From: Candidatus Omnitrophota bacterium
GTDB taxonomy: Bacteria > Omnitrophota > Gorgyraeia > Gygaellales > Profunditerraquicolaceae
Assembly (NCBI GenBank): GCA_030691865.1
Contig: JAUYDL010000029.1
Location: 4,721 to 68,720, forward strand
DNA length: 64,000 nucleotides
Direction: 5' to 3'
Every line of letters begins with the position of its first letter. Position 1 is the first letter of the stretch. The position numbers were made by a program, and so were the translations under genes. This document shows positions 35,371 to 45,278 of the stretch, one piece after another. Under the pieces are notes generated by a model. That model did not search any database. It worked only from the letters and a program-made list of their open reading frames with translations, and was not told the origin of the DNA.

Positions 35371-36606
35371 TTAAATTTTTTCGATTTCTCTATCCGAAAT
35401 TTTTCCTAACGCCAGACCCAAGCCAATCAAAAACCAAAAAATCATCACTAAACGCGCGTAATAAAGGCTAGTTTCGGTAAGCCCATTAATCAGATACGCT
35501 ATAATCGCCGCAAAAACAGATACGGATAAAGCCTTTAAAAAAGGATCTGTATTCCTCTTAAAAGCTAACCAAATAGACTTAAGAACAAAGAACAAAAAGA
35601 TCAAAAATGTTCCCAAGCCAAGCAGCCCCATCTCACCACCCATCTGCAAAAAGCTATTATGCGCGTAAATAGTATCCGGCGTCTCCATTCTAGCTTCAGC
35701 CACTGCGGTCTTATATTTACCATAATTCTTTGAAAAAGTATTAATCCCCACACCAATAAACGGATGTTCACCAATCATATGCACAGTATTACGGTAAATA
35801 CTCATCCTTACTTCATCAGTCAACAAAACCATCGGATTATAGTTAACACTCTTAGCCCACACTTTGATATTTTTAGGCATCACAAAAGGATAAATTAAAA
35901 GTAATAAAATAAGCCCCAAAGTTATAATCTTATTCTTCCTGACTAAACTCAAGAAAAGCACACTTACAAAAAGCCCCAAGCCTGCCCCGCGCGATAAAGA
36001 AAGATAAACGCCCAAGCTGCCAATTAATGCAGCACAAGAAAAGAAAACCCTGTTCTTTAATTTTGAGGAGAACAGGGCCAATCCGACAATAACTGGAGTT
36101 AATCCAGTAAGATATACCCCCATAGCATTACAGCCCGGGAAAGACGCTGTCGCGCGCGCCAAACCAATGTTCCCGTTAAGAGGATTTCCGCGTATAAAAT
36201 CCCTTCCCGAAAATAACTGCCAAAGAGCATCAATGCCGATAAGGGAAATAGCGCAAGCCACAGAAATGGCAATTCTCTTAAAATGTTCTCTATCTTTAAT
36301 ACTCTCACTGCACACCAGAAAGATTAAAAAAGCTTTAAATAATTTAACCATTCCATTTAGGCTATTGCTCATGCTAACTGAGTTTATAAAAGAAAGTATG
36401 CCAATAAACATGAACACCCCAAAAATTATAACTGGCAGAGAAAGAAAGCACAGCTTTTCTTTCTTTATTATCTTTTCAATTAAAAACGCGCCAATCATAA
36501 TCCCAATAACCGTATTCGCCACCCCCGGCGCAATCGCCACCGAAACCGGCAACAAAATAATCCCCCAATAAACAATCTTTCCCATTATTTTAACGAACTT
36601 TTGCAC
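35371..36606 (-). CDS. O-antigen ligase (Wzy_C/WaaL) family protein
   Basis: Polytopic; LSLSRGA, HPFIGVGINTF, YAHNSFLQMGGEMG. Confidence 0.88.
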   Translation of the reverse strand: MQKFVKIMGKIVYWGIILLPVSVAIAPGVANTVIGIMIGAFLIEKIIKKEKLCFLSLPVIIFGVFMFIGILSFINSVSMSNSLNGMVKLFKAFLIFLVCSESIKDREHFKRIAISVACAISLIGIDALWQLFSGRDFIRGNPLNGNIGLARATASFPGCNAMGVYLTGLTPVIVGLALFSSKLKNRVFFSCAALIGSLGVYLSLSRGAGLGLFVSVLFLSLVRKNKIITLGLILLLLIYPFVMPKNIKVWAKSVNYNPMVLLTDEVRMSIYRNTVHMIGEHPFIGVGINTFSKNYGKYKTAVAEARMETPDTIYAHNSFLQMGGEMGLLGLGTFLIFLFFVLKSIWLAFKRNTDPFLKALSVSVFAAIIAYLINGLTETSLYYARLVMIFWFLIGLGLALGKISDREIEKI

Positions 36607-36623
36607 TATTTATCTCCTTCCAA

Positions 36624-36662
36624 CCCGTCATTGTGAGGCGCCGCAGCGCCGAATCAATCTCG
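36624..36662. repeat. Palindromic element family B, isolated left arm
   Basis: cccgtcattgtgaggcgccgcagcgccgaatcaatctc. Confidence 0.6.
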
Positions 36663-36668
36663 CTTTCA

Positions 36669-37439
36669 TTAATACCCTCTCTTCTCTCTCCTCAAGATAT
36701 TATAATATCCCGATAACTTAGCCCAAAAGCTAAACAACTTATTCGTATCAGAATTGGTTACTTTGATTCTTTTAAGCTCATACACATCGCGGTTAAACTT
36801 AGCAAATCCGCGATTTGTCGTACAGGCGCCTTTATAACCTGCCTGCATAACTAATTTTTTTGCTTTCTCATTAAACCCACCGGAAGGATAACAAAAATAA
36901 TCTACCGGCAGGCCTATTTTCTCTTCAATCGCCTTCTTTGAGCCAGCTATCTCCTCAAACGCAGCCTTTTCATCTTTCACAACCCCAAGATAAAAATGCG
37001 TTTTGGTATGTCCCCCGAAAGCTATATTATCTTTAGACATAGCGATAACCTCATCCCAATTTAAAAATCCTTTTCCTATATAATCAGTTACAAGGAATAT
37101 AGTTGCCGGAAAACCAAACTTTTTCAAAACCGGATATGCATATTGAAAATTATCTTTATATCCATCATCAATAGTAATTACTATCTTGTTCCTTTTAAAA
37201 GACTTTTTATCTTTTATGCTTCTAACTAATTCATCTAAAGTTATGACTTCATAACCATTTTTCTTAATAAACGCCATCTGTTTAATAAAATTCTCAGGTT
37301 TAACAAAAAAACCCCCCTCCCCATACCCAATGCTATGATACACCAAAATAGGTACAGTGTACCTTGGAGTAAACCAAAAAAAATAAAAAGCTCCCAAAAT
37401 AATAATCAAAGAAAATAATGTTAAAAGTAATTTTTTCAT
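36669..37439 (-). CDS. Polysaccharide deacetylase (NodB/IcaB-like), membrane-anchored
   Basis: PILVYH, ITIDDGY, GHTKTH, FCYPSG. Confidence 0.9.
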   Translation of the reverse strand: MKKLLLTLFSLIIILGAFYFFWFTPRYTVPILVYHSIGYGEGGFFVKPENFIKQMAFIKKNGYEVITLDELVRSIKDKKSFKRNKIVITIDDGYKDNFQYAYPVLKKFGFPATIFLVTDYIGKGFLNWDEVIAMSKDNIAFGGHTKTHFYLGVVKDEKAAFEEIAGSKKAIEEKIGLPVDYFCYPSGGFNEKAKKLVMQAGYKGACTTNRGFAKFNRDVYELKRIKVTNSDTNKLFSFWAKLSGYYNILRREKRGY

Positions 37440-37457
37440 ATAAATACAAACACTTTA

Positions 37458-39518
37458 CTACAACAAAATCTTATAGATCCGAGCTAACGAGTTACTAAAA
37501 ACTAATTTGAAAGATTCAGCATGTCCAGATGCCCAATCATCTTCTATGGGGAATTTCTTTAAATCATTGGATTCGTTATTTAATTTATGCGGAAGGGCAA
37601 TAAATAAGTAATCCACCTTATCTTTTCTTAGATTATTTAACCAGCTGCCATAATTTTTTTCCTTACGATAAAGGCCATCAGCATAAAAATGCGCCAGCGG
37701 AGGCTTATCATTCACCGAAACATATAACACGCTGTTTTTTAGCTTACTTCCAAAAAATGGATAAAACTCACTGCGTCCAGTATAAGCAATTTTCATTCCA
37801 CTACCGGTATTTTCATTAAGCCATTTCCAAGCGCGGCCAATATCAACCTGCGCTGATTCCTTTCCTTTAAAGGATATCGCATAACGATTAAATTCTTCTC
37901 TGTTGTATTTCTCGTTTAAAATAAATAAAACAACAAAAGTAATAATAACCATCACTAACAACGCCTTTAGTGAAAGTATGTTTCTAAGATTGCGCATTAA
38001 ACTCTTTCTAAAAATAAATGCAATAGCAAATAACAATAAAGCTAACAAAAATGAGAAGATTAATTCATTTCTTTTTGCCAATTCAGCCGCTGAACTAAAT
38101 ATGCAGATAAAACCTAAAAAGGTTAGATATTTTTTACCGTATTTAAATTTATCTAAAAATACTGCCACAGCGATCAACCCTATACCTAAATACGGAAATA
38201 AATACCTTATCCACAGAGCTTTAATGACAAAAAAATACATACAAAACATTATTAACGGCAGCATAAATAACAAAATATATTCAATACTATAATTAAACTT
38301 GCGCTTAAAGAATGTGGCCACGATAAAGGGTATTATGGTCCCTGGAATAACAAAAGCAATAAACTGTAAACCCAGCCCTTCGCTAAAAAACATATCCTTA
38401 ACGCTAAACTGTTCCCAAGGAATAAATAGCCTGCTAAAACCGGCTTTATCGATAATCCCAGGGAAGATTGTCCTGCCAAACAATGATACCGAAACCGGAT
38501 ACAATGGATTCCCCGTAAGAATAAATGTTCTAAAGTAGCTAAATGATCCAAAAATAAAAAACGTAGCCGCAACAACAGAAAGAACAAAAAATAAACTTCT
38601 ATAATTTTCTTTCTTGGCATTGCTGATTATAAAATAGGCAGCTAAAGGCAACAATGTAACTGACCAAAAAACATTTAAAATCTTGGTTCCAACAAATATC
38701 CCTAATGTAACCCCTAAAATAAGAGCGTTTTTGTAATTGAATTTCTTGTTCAAAATTAATAAATAATTTAAAACCATCAAAAATAAAGCAGCGCACATAA
38801 CATCAATCTGCGTGCCATTCCTGATTTGCTTAAACACATTAGGTATAATGGCCCATAAAAAACTAACCAACAAAGCCGTGTTGTTTTTTAGAGAGTACTT
38901 TCTTAATATTGAATATATAGCCAATATGCCCAATAGATAAAATACAGCCTGCCCGACATCAGCGATAAAAGCATTTTTAAGCGGAAGCATCCACCAAAAA
39001 AACAATAGCTCAGCATTCATAGGATAGTAGGTTAAAGCGGTCAAATCTGCTGAGATTGGCCAAGCACCAAAAACAGAGATCGGATTTATAAGGTTACCGT
39101 TCTTTAACCAAAAGGCAGGAAAACTAAGATGATACTGATGGCTCTCCGGGCAAATCGGAGGATTAATAAGATTGACCCAAAGCTTTATAATAAAAAAACC
39201 CAAAAATATCGCTATTGCTAAAAGCAATATCTTATTTTCAAATATAAAATTTACCTTAGGTATTTTAAATTCAAAACGCGGTTTTCTCCGAGTAAATAGA
39301 TACACTATTAAAAACACCGTTAAATGTAAAAAAATAACATTTGGTAGATAAAGTATCTGCGAGAGTCCCAAAAATAATTCTACAATAATAACCTGGGCAA
39401 AAAAAAGTGTAAACCACGAAAGACAAAAATCCGCCAACGTCTGTTGTAAAAATAAAATAGAACTAAAATAATAAGAACTCAATCCCACTAAAGCATTAAG
39501 TAAAATAAATACTACCAT
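37458..39518 (-). CDS. Polytopic membrane protein, probable GT-C fold (ArnT/PMT-like) glycosyltransferase
   Basis: Many TM helices; ESHQYHL, YYPMNAE, GTK, TGNPLYP, RYLFP. Confidence 0.6.
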   Translation of the reverse strand: MVVFILLNALVGLSSYYFSSILFLQQTLADFCLSWFTLFFAQVIIVELFLGLSQILYLPNVIFLHLTVFLIVYLFTRRKPRFEFKIPKVNFIFENKILLLAIAIFLGFFIIKLWVNLINPPICPESHQYHLSFPAFWLKNGNLINPISVFGAWPISADLTALTYYPMNAELLFFWWMLPLKNAFIADVGQAVFYLLGILAIYSILRKYSLKNNTALLVSFLWAIIPNVFKQIRNGTQIDVMCAALFLMVLNYLLILNKKFNYKNALILGVTLGIFVGTKILNVFWSVTLLPLAAYFIISNAKKENYRSLFFVLSVVAATFFIFGSFSYFRTFILTGNPLYPVSVSLFGRTIFPGIIDKAGFSRLFIPWEQFSVKDMFFSEGLGLQFIAFVIPGTIIPFIVATFFKRKFNYSIEYILLFMLPLIMFCMYFFVIKALWIRYLFPYLGIGLIAVAVFLDKFKYGKKYLTFLGFICIFSSAAELAKRNELIFSFLLALLLFAIAFIFRKSLMRNLRNILSLKALLVMVIITFVVLFILNEKYNREEFNRYAISFKGKESAQVDIGRAWKWLNENTGSGMKIAYTGRSEFYPFFGSKLKNSVLYVSVNDKPPLAHFYADGLYRKEKNYGSWLNNLRKDKVDYLFIALPHKLNNESNDLKKFPIEDDWASGHAESFKLVFSNSLARIYKILL

Positions 39519-39522
39519 CGCC

Positions 39523-41049
39523 TTACCTTTCCTCTCTAAGCCATATTCTTTTTACTGATCGAAGATTTTCTAACCAACCATTATAGCGTTTAAATAAGAT
39601 TAAGCGCAACATTTTTATGGCCGTCCTAGCGGAAGATATAAAATTATTTGAAAATTTTGATGCCCCCATGATTCTAGCATGATAAGGAACGGGCACCTCA
39701 ATAACCCGTTGCCAGGCATTAAGCAATTCAATGATCATTTCCGGAGAAAATTCAGGGCCTTTTCCGGTTAAAGAACCAGATATTTTCTTATATGATTCCT
39801 GCCAAATACAACGAAAGGTACAACCCACATCCGTAAAACGTGATTTACGATTCCACCAAAGCAAGGTAATTATACCTCCAAAAAGAATATTTCCCATTCT
39901 TTGAAAAAAAGGCATATTCGCGCCATATTCAATATATTGCCAATAGGTCCTGGTGCCAATAACCGCATCCGCATTTTTTATATACAAAAGCAATTTTTCA
40001 AGATCTTCCGCTCGAAATGTACCATCGGCCTCAACTACAACTAGTATATCCGCATCAGAACGATCCAAACCTTTCTTTATCGCGTCACCATAGCCATTGA
40101 GCGGCTCAGAATAAACTAATGCTCCTGCCCTTCTAGCCTTTGCCGCAGTACCATCGGCAGAATTATTATCCATAACAATGACCTGCCTGCAAACAGGTAA
40201 AAAATTCTTAACCACATATTCTATTGACTCCACTTCATTCCAAGCCGGAATAATTACATCGATTGTAAAACTATTCCAGCGTTTTTGGCGAATAGACCTT
40301 TTCATCTTATATACATCACTACGATTATTTATATTCACATATCCGCCATAAAATTCATGTCCAATAATCGGTCCACATCCTTGGGCAGATACAAGATTAA
40401 AAAGATTGATAAAATTAATTACACTAGCGCTAGCAATATTTTCTTTAGCTAATTCCGCCAGCCGGCTTTTTGCGCAAATAAATCCTAGCCCAAAATAAAC
40501 CGAAGTTATGCTCGCCGGTTTTTCTTTCACCTGTTTAACTATTTTAGTATTTTCATCAAAATCTACTGAATAATTATTAAAATATTCATCTGGAAAATCA
40601 TACTTCTTCAATCCACAACATATAGAAAAGTCAATAGAGCTTTGCACAAATTTTGCAAAAGGCAGATGATCTTCTCCTCCATAATACTCATCACCCAACA
40701 CCGAAACAAACATCTCATCTTTATTCAAGTATGGGACTATGGCAGCGTAACCAGCAATTAAACCTTTCGCTATCTGATTATCCGCTATAGTAATAAATTC
40801 GATCCTAGATTTTAACCCTTTAATTTTACTTAAAACATCGCGTATCATTTCAGAGTTGTAACCAACTAAAACATACAACGTCTCAAGATTAAACGCATTA
40901 TCCAAGAGCCTTACATTTCTAACAATAAGCGGCTCATTATCTACAACCAGCATAGTTTTTGAAATTTTCTTACTATAAGGCAGAAAACGTGTTCCTCTGC
41001 CCGCAGCCATAATAAAACCCTTACTTATTTTTCTTATATTTTCAAGCAT
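39523..41049 (-). CDS. Nucleotidyltransferase (NTP_transferase) - GT2 fusion protein
   Basis: MAAGRGTRF...K, EKP, VNIN; then IPAWNE, DNNSADGT, GYG, EADGT. Confidence 0.82.
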   Translation of the reverse strand: MLENIRKISKGFIMAAGRGTRFLPYSKKISKTMLVVDNEPLIVRNVRLLDNAFNLETLYVLVGYNSEMIRDVLSKIKGLKSRIEFITIADNQIAKGLIAGYAAIVPYLNKDEMFVSVLGDEYYGGEDHLPFAKFVQSSIDFSICCGLKKYDFPDEYFNNYSVDFDENTKIVKQVKEKPASITSVYFGLGFICAKSRLAELAKENIASASVINFINLFNLVSAQGCGPIIGHEFYGGYVNINNRSDVYKMKRSIRQKRWNSFTIDVIIPAWNEVESIEYVVKNFLPVCRQVIVMDNNSADGTAAKARRAGALVYSEPLNGYGDAIKKGLDRSDADILVVVEADGTFRAEDLEKLLLYIKNADAVIGTRTYWQYIEYGANMPFFQRMGNILFGGIITLLWWNRKSRFTDVGCTFRCIWQESYKKISGSLTGKGPEFSPEMIIELLNAWQRVIEVPVPYHARIMGASKFSNNFISSARTAIKMLRLILFKRYNGWLENLRSVKRIWLREER

Positions 41050-41050
41050 A

Positions 41051-42451
41051 TTATCTAAAGAATGAAATTATTTTTTGTAAAATAATACTAGCATGAGATA
41101 TTGTCCTTATATTTCTAAGATTATGTAAAATTATTTTTGGTCTCAAATAAAATCTTAAAAAAAACCAACGATACCAATAACGTAACTGCTTATCAGTTAG
41201 TTTCGGCGGAATATAAGAAAAGTTCCCATATTGCATCTTATTAGAAATAATATCTTTTTCGCTAATTTCTCCACTAGCAATTAATCTATCTGTAATCGGA
41301 GTGCCCGGTAAAGGAATAAATCTAGTTAAGCTTATCCTGACTAAAGGTAGAGACGAAACAAACTTTATAGTCCTACGCAATGTTGCTAAGGTCTCCAGCG
41401 GATAACCCACCATAACAAAACCAATTATATCAATTCCATGTGCATAGATAAGTTTTATTTTTTCTGTTATCATCTCTAAGCTTATCCCCTTGCCGATATC
41501 TTTTAATATTTCAGGATCCCCGGATTCAATCCCCACCGCAACTTCATAGCAACCGGATTCTTTCATAGCGACAAGTAACTTTTCATCTAAAGTATCTAAC
41601 CGCAGCCCATTAGGACAGGTCCATAATAAATCCAAACGCCGTTTAATCAATTCATTAGCAAACTCTAAAGCCGCACTGTTAGGAAAAGTAAAATTATCAT
41701 CTATAACCTGAAATTCCCTAAGACCGTACTTATTCTTTAGATATTCTAATTCATCAACCACGCTAACCGGATCTCTTCTCCTGACCTTGTAACCGGTAAT
41801 ATTCCTGCTCCCGCAAAAAGAACAACGATACGGACAGCCCCGCGATATCATAATTGGCAATACCGGCAACCTTCTATAAAAAAATCCATGTACTGCATTA
41901 CCATATAGCCGAGGATTAAGTTCATCCCAATCCGGCGAGCCGATAGCATCAAGATCCTCAACATACTCATGATGAGATACTAATATCTCATCATTTTCTC
42001 TCCAGGCAAGATTAGGAATTTGCTCTAATGAGCTTTTATCCATCCTCCCGCTATTAAACAACTCCAGAAGCCTTACAACTGCCACCTCCCCTTCTCCGAC
42101 AACCAGGAAATTAACTTCTTTTAGCAAATTAAATACAGATTTAGGATTTGAAGAAGGCGCCGGCCCGCCAATAATTATCGGAATATCCAAAGACTCTTTT
42201 CGCACTGCCCGGACATATTCTTTAATTTTCCCCAGGTCCATGTCAAAAGCCTGAAAACCTATAAATCTGTAATCCTTAATTAATATATGCTTAAATAATT
42301 CTTCCGGCAAAACTCCTAAAACATTACAATCAAAAATACGTACAGTAAAACCATTCTTTTTAACGTAATTAGCGATAAACCCTAATCCTAATGGCGGAGT
42401 GTATTGAAGATTATAGCTGCTCAAAGGTTTAATTAATAATAAATCGTACAT
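41051..42451 (-). CDS. Cobalamin-binding radical SAM protein
   Basis: PPLGLG, IGGP, GEGE, SRGCPYRCSFC, DDNF, GIESG. Confidence 0.9.
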   Translation of the reverse strand: MYDLLLIKPLSSYNLQYTPPLGLGFIANYVKKNGFTVRIFDCNVLGVLPEELFKHILIKDYRFIGFQAFDMDLGKIKEYVRAVRKESLDIPIIIGGPAPSSNPKSVFNLLKEVNFLVVGEGEVAVVRLLELFNSGRMDKSSLEQIPNLAWRENDEILVSHHEYVEDLDAIGSPDWDELNPRLYGNAVHGFFYRRLPVLPIMISRGCPYRCSFCGSRNITGYKVRRRDPVSVVDELEYLKNKYGLREFQVIDDNFTFPNSAALEFANELIKRRLDLLWTCPNGLRLDTLDEKLLVAMKESGCYEVAVGIESGDPEILKDIGKGISLEMITEKIKLIYAHGIDIIGFVMVGYPLETLATLRRTIKFVSSLPLVRISLTRFIPLPGTPITDRLIASGEISEKDIISNKMQYGNFSYIPPKLTDKQLRYWYRWFFLRFYLRPKIILHNLRNIRTISHASIILQKIISFFR

Positions 42452-42452
42452 G

Positions 42453-43850
42453 CTAATACCGTTTAAGAAATAAATTGAATGATCTTTTAACCTTGTTCAA
42501 TGTTTTTGCCAGCCTCTTGCTTCCCAAAACCTTCTTCTGGACTAATGCAACCGGAATTAAATCCCAAAAATATTTAACGGTATAAGAGATTTTAATTCCG
42601 CAATGATTCACTAACTTTCGCCATCTATTTAAAGTCTTCATACTATGTTCTCTAGTATAATAATAGACATCTCCACTTTTAACCCAGATCTTGGCATCAA
42701 ATTTATTTTCCTTAATTAAATCGGAATAAACTTTGGTTCCCGGAAGCACATAAAGCATCGAAGCCCCCGCTCCATGCGTTGACCTTATGTTAGCATTGGC
42801 GTAATCCACTGTTTCTTTTATCGTTGCCTCGGTTTCACCGGGAGTCCCCACACAGAAAAATGCCGAAGTAGTCATCTTGTCCGTAAACTTAGCGCAGATA
42901 TCAAAAGCGGTTTTAACCAATTCCCGGGTAATCTTTTTATTTATTTTACCAAGTATATTCTCGGATAAAGTTTCTACTCCCCAGGTTATATGCCTACATC
43001 CTGAATCCGCCAATTTAGCCACCATCTCTTCATTCACCGGAGTAACTCTACAGGAAATCGCATATTCTATATCTAGTTTTTTTAACACCTCTGTAATCTT
43101 AATCGTCCTATCTATTCCCAGATTAAATGTATCATCGTGAAAAAAAATACGCTTTGCCCCCATTCTTTTCACATATTCCACTTCCTGAGCTATTCTTTCA
43201 GGGGAATTCATCCGCACGTTTTGCCCCCAAAAAGATGAGGTGGAACAAAACGAGCAGTTGACCGGACAGCCCCGCGAAGTTATTAAGTATGCGAGCTTCT
43301 TTTGCCTAATTTCTTCTGCAGCGTAAGAATAATCCGGTAAAGCTAATTCATCTAGATCCTTAACCAGTCCAAAAACTCTGTTGGATAAAAAACCCTTATC
43401 CTTATCTTTGTATACTAAACCACTAATAGTTGATAGGTCCCCGCCTTGCTTGAGAGCCTGGCAAAGCCCAGGCAATGACCTCTCTCCTTCAGACTGAATT
43501 ATAAAATCTAAATCATGGTAAAAATATTTAAAAGTCTGTTCATAAAGAGTAGCCGGATGAACTCCGCCCAGCACAACCAAGATCTTCCTATCTATTTTCT
43601 TTATTTGTCTTAATAGCTTAAACGCGCCCCAACGGTTAAAAGAATTAAATGATATCCCGACCAAATCCGGCTTTTTAGTCCTAACTGTAGATAAAAATAA
43701 CCTAATACTCGGATTAAATTCTTTTCCATTATAATTATAAATATCGACTTCATGCTGCTTATTTAAGGAAGCTGAAAGATACCCTAGGCCCAAAGGATAA
43801 CCTTTTAAATTTAACTCTGAAGTTGGAGGATAAACCAGGGCTATTTTCAT
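42453..43850 (-). CDS. Cobalamin-binding radical SAM protein
   Basis: PLGLGYL, GGVHP, EGE, SRGCPVNCSFC, DDTF. Confidence 0.9.
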   Translation of the reverse strand: MKIALVYPPTSELNLKGYPLGLGYLSASLNKQHEVDIYNYNGKEFNPSIRLFLSTVRTKKPDLVGISFNSFNRWGAFKLLRQIKKIDRKILVVLGGVHPATLYEQTFKYFYHDLDFIIQSEGERSLPGLCQALKQGGDLSTISGLVYKDKDKGFLSNRVFGLVKDLDELALPDYSYAAEEIRQKKLAYLITSRGCPVNCSFCSTSSFWGQNVRMNSPERIAQEVEYVKRMGAKRIFFHDDTFNLGIDRTIKITEVLKKLDIEYAISCRVTPVNEEMVAKLADSGCRHITWGVETLSENILGKINKKITRELVKTAFDICAKFTDKMTTSAFFCVGTPGETEATIKETVDYANANIRSTHGAGASMLYVLPGTKVYSDLIKENKFDAKIWVKSGDVYYYTREHSMKTLNRWRKLVNHCGIKISYTVKYFWDLIPVALVQKKVLGSKRLAKTLNKVKRSFNLFLKRY

Positions 43851-43858
43851 TTTAAAGA

Positions 43859-44578
43859 TTAGTTTTTACACACGCAGACAAAATCCGAAGCAACCTTAAG
43901 ATTAGACCGGGTAAGCCTAAAATCATTAATATTTATAATCTTGTAGAACCTCTTTACCGGATTAATCCCATCCGGTAAAAATTTAAAAATTCCGCTTTTC
44001 TTAAGCCTTAAATAAAAATAATGCCTGGGGCTTAAATGCAGGCCATAGATTGTAACTTCTTTAAATACTCTTAACAAAGTCTCTCGCAGCTCTTCTAGCC
44101 TAAACTCTTTACAATGCGCAAGATTCTTTTTATAAGTTTTAGGCGATTTCATAACTTTATCTAAATTCAAAGTCGACAAATACAGCGTTCCTTTATCTTT
44201 TAGCACTCTTCTTAACTGATTAAGGTATACCGGAATTAACTCCTCCGGAATATGCTCAATTACTTGAAAAGAACAAACGATATCAAATTCCTGGTTTTTA
44301 AACTCCAATTTCAAAGCATCCATCGCTAAATACTTTAGATTATCAGCTTTATATTTCTTTTGCGCAGACAATACGACTTCAGATTCATAATCCACACCCT
44401 GAACAAACTTAGCCCTTTCGGCTAAAAAAGCACAACCATACCCATCCCCACAGCCAACATCAAGCACAGATTTACCAAGCACATTATCTTTGATAAAAGA
44501 ATAAACCTTAAGGTGCTGTAAATAAAAACTACGATCAGTCTCTTCAGGAATTATTCTTGTCTCGATCTTCTTAAGCAT
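43859..44578 (-). CDS. Class I SAM-dependent methyltransferase
   Basis: VLDVGCGDGYG, FQVIEHI. Confidence 0.9.
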   Translation of the reverse strand: MLKKIETRIIPEETDRSFYLQHLKVYSFIKDNVLGKSVLDVGCGDGYGCAFLAERAKFVQGVDYESEVVLSAQKKYKADNLKYLAMDALKLEFKNQEFDIVCSFQVIEHIPEELIPVYLNQLRRVLKDKGTLYLSTLNLDKVMKSPKTYKKNLAHCKEFRLEELRETLLRVFKEVTIYGLHLSPRHYFYLRLKKSGIFKFLPDGINPVKRFYKIININDFRLTRSNLKVASDFVCVCKN

Positions 44579-45278
44579 TTTTTCCTAACCAAAATTTTAC
44601 CTTTAATATCGTCCACAGCGCGGGAATCATATCCGTGGCCTTAACCGTTTTACCTTCTTTATGTGTCCGGGGCTTGTAATAGACAGGAATCTCCCCGGTT
44701 TTATATCCACCCTTGCAAAGTTTACTTACCAACTCAAATGCAAAAGCCTGGCTACTAGCCTTACAGTTAAGTTTCTTTAAAACATTGATTTTAATTAAGT
44801 TTGTGCCGATAATATCAGTAAAATGTTTTCCGTACAACAGATTTATGAAAAATGTTGCGATAATCGTCCCCAGCCAAAAAGGCCTTTCTTTGATCAATTC
44901 TATGTTTGAGGTATTCACCCTACCTAAAAGGCGTGAACCAAAAACAACATCCAGGCCTTCATTTTCCATTTTATCTATCATTTTTAAGGCATCTTCCATC
45001 TTGTATTCCAGATCCGCACCAGGCCCATAAACATAATCGCCTTGCGCCAGGCATATTCCTTCCCAGCCCGAATATCCGGCACCCATATTTTTAGAGTGGA
45101 GAATTATTTTAAGCGTTTTGTCATCCTTTAAACCATCCAATATTTCTTTTGTACCGTCAGTTGAGCAGTTATCTATAACAATTATTTCCTTATCAATCTT
45201 TAATACCTTAGCTTCTTGGATGGCTTTTAAGATTGTCAGTTTTTCATTAAAGCAACCTATAATAATTGTCAGTTTCAT
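44571..45278 (-). CDS. GT2 glycosyltransferase (DPM1/ArnC-like)
   Basis: FNE, IDNCSTDGT, ADLEY, VFGSR, YKPRTHKEGK. Confidence 0.88.
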   Translation of the reverse strand: MKLTIIIGCFNEKLTILKAIQEAKVLKIDKEIIVIDNCSTDGTKEILDGLKDDKTLKIILHSKNMGAGYSGWEGICLAQGDYVYGPGADLEYKMEDALKMIDKMENEGLDVVFGSRLLGRVNTSNIELIKERPFWLGTIIATFFINLLYGKHFTDIIGTNLIKINVLKKLNCKASSQAFAFELVSKLCKGGYKTGEIPVYYKPRTHKEGKTVKATDMIPALWTILKVKFWLGKNA

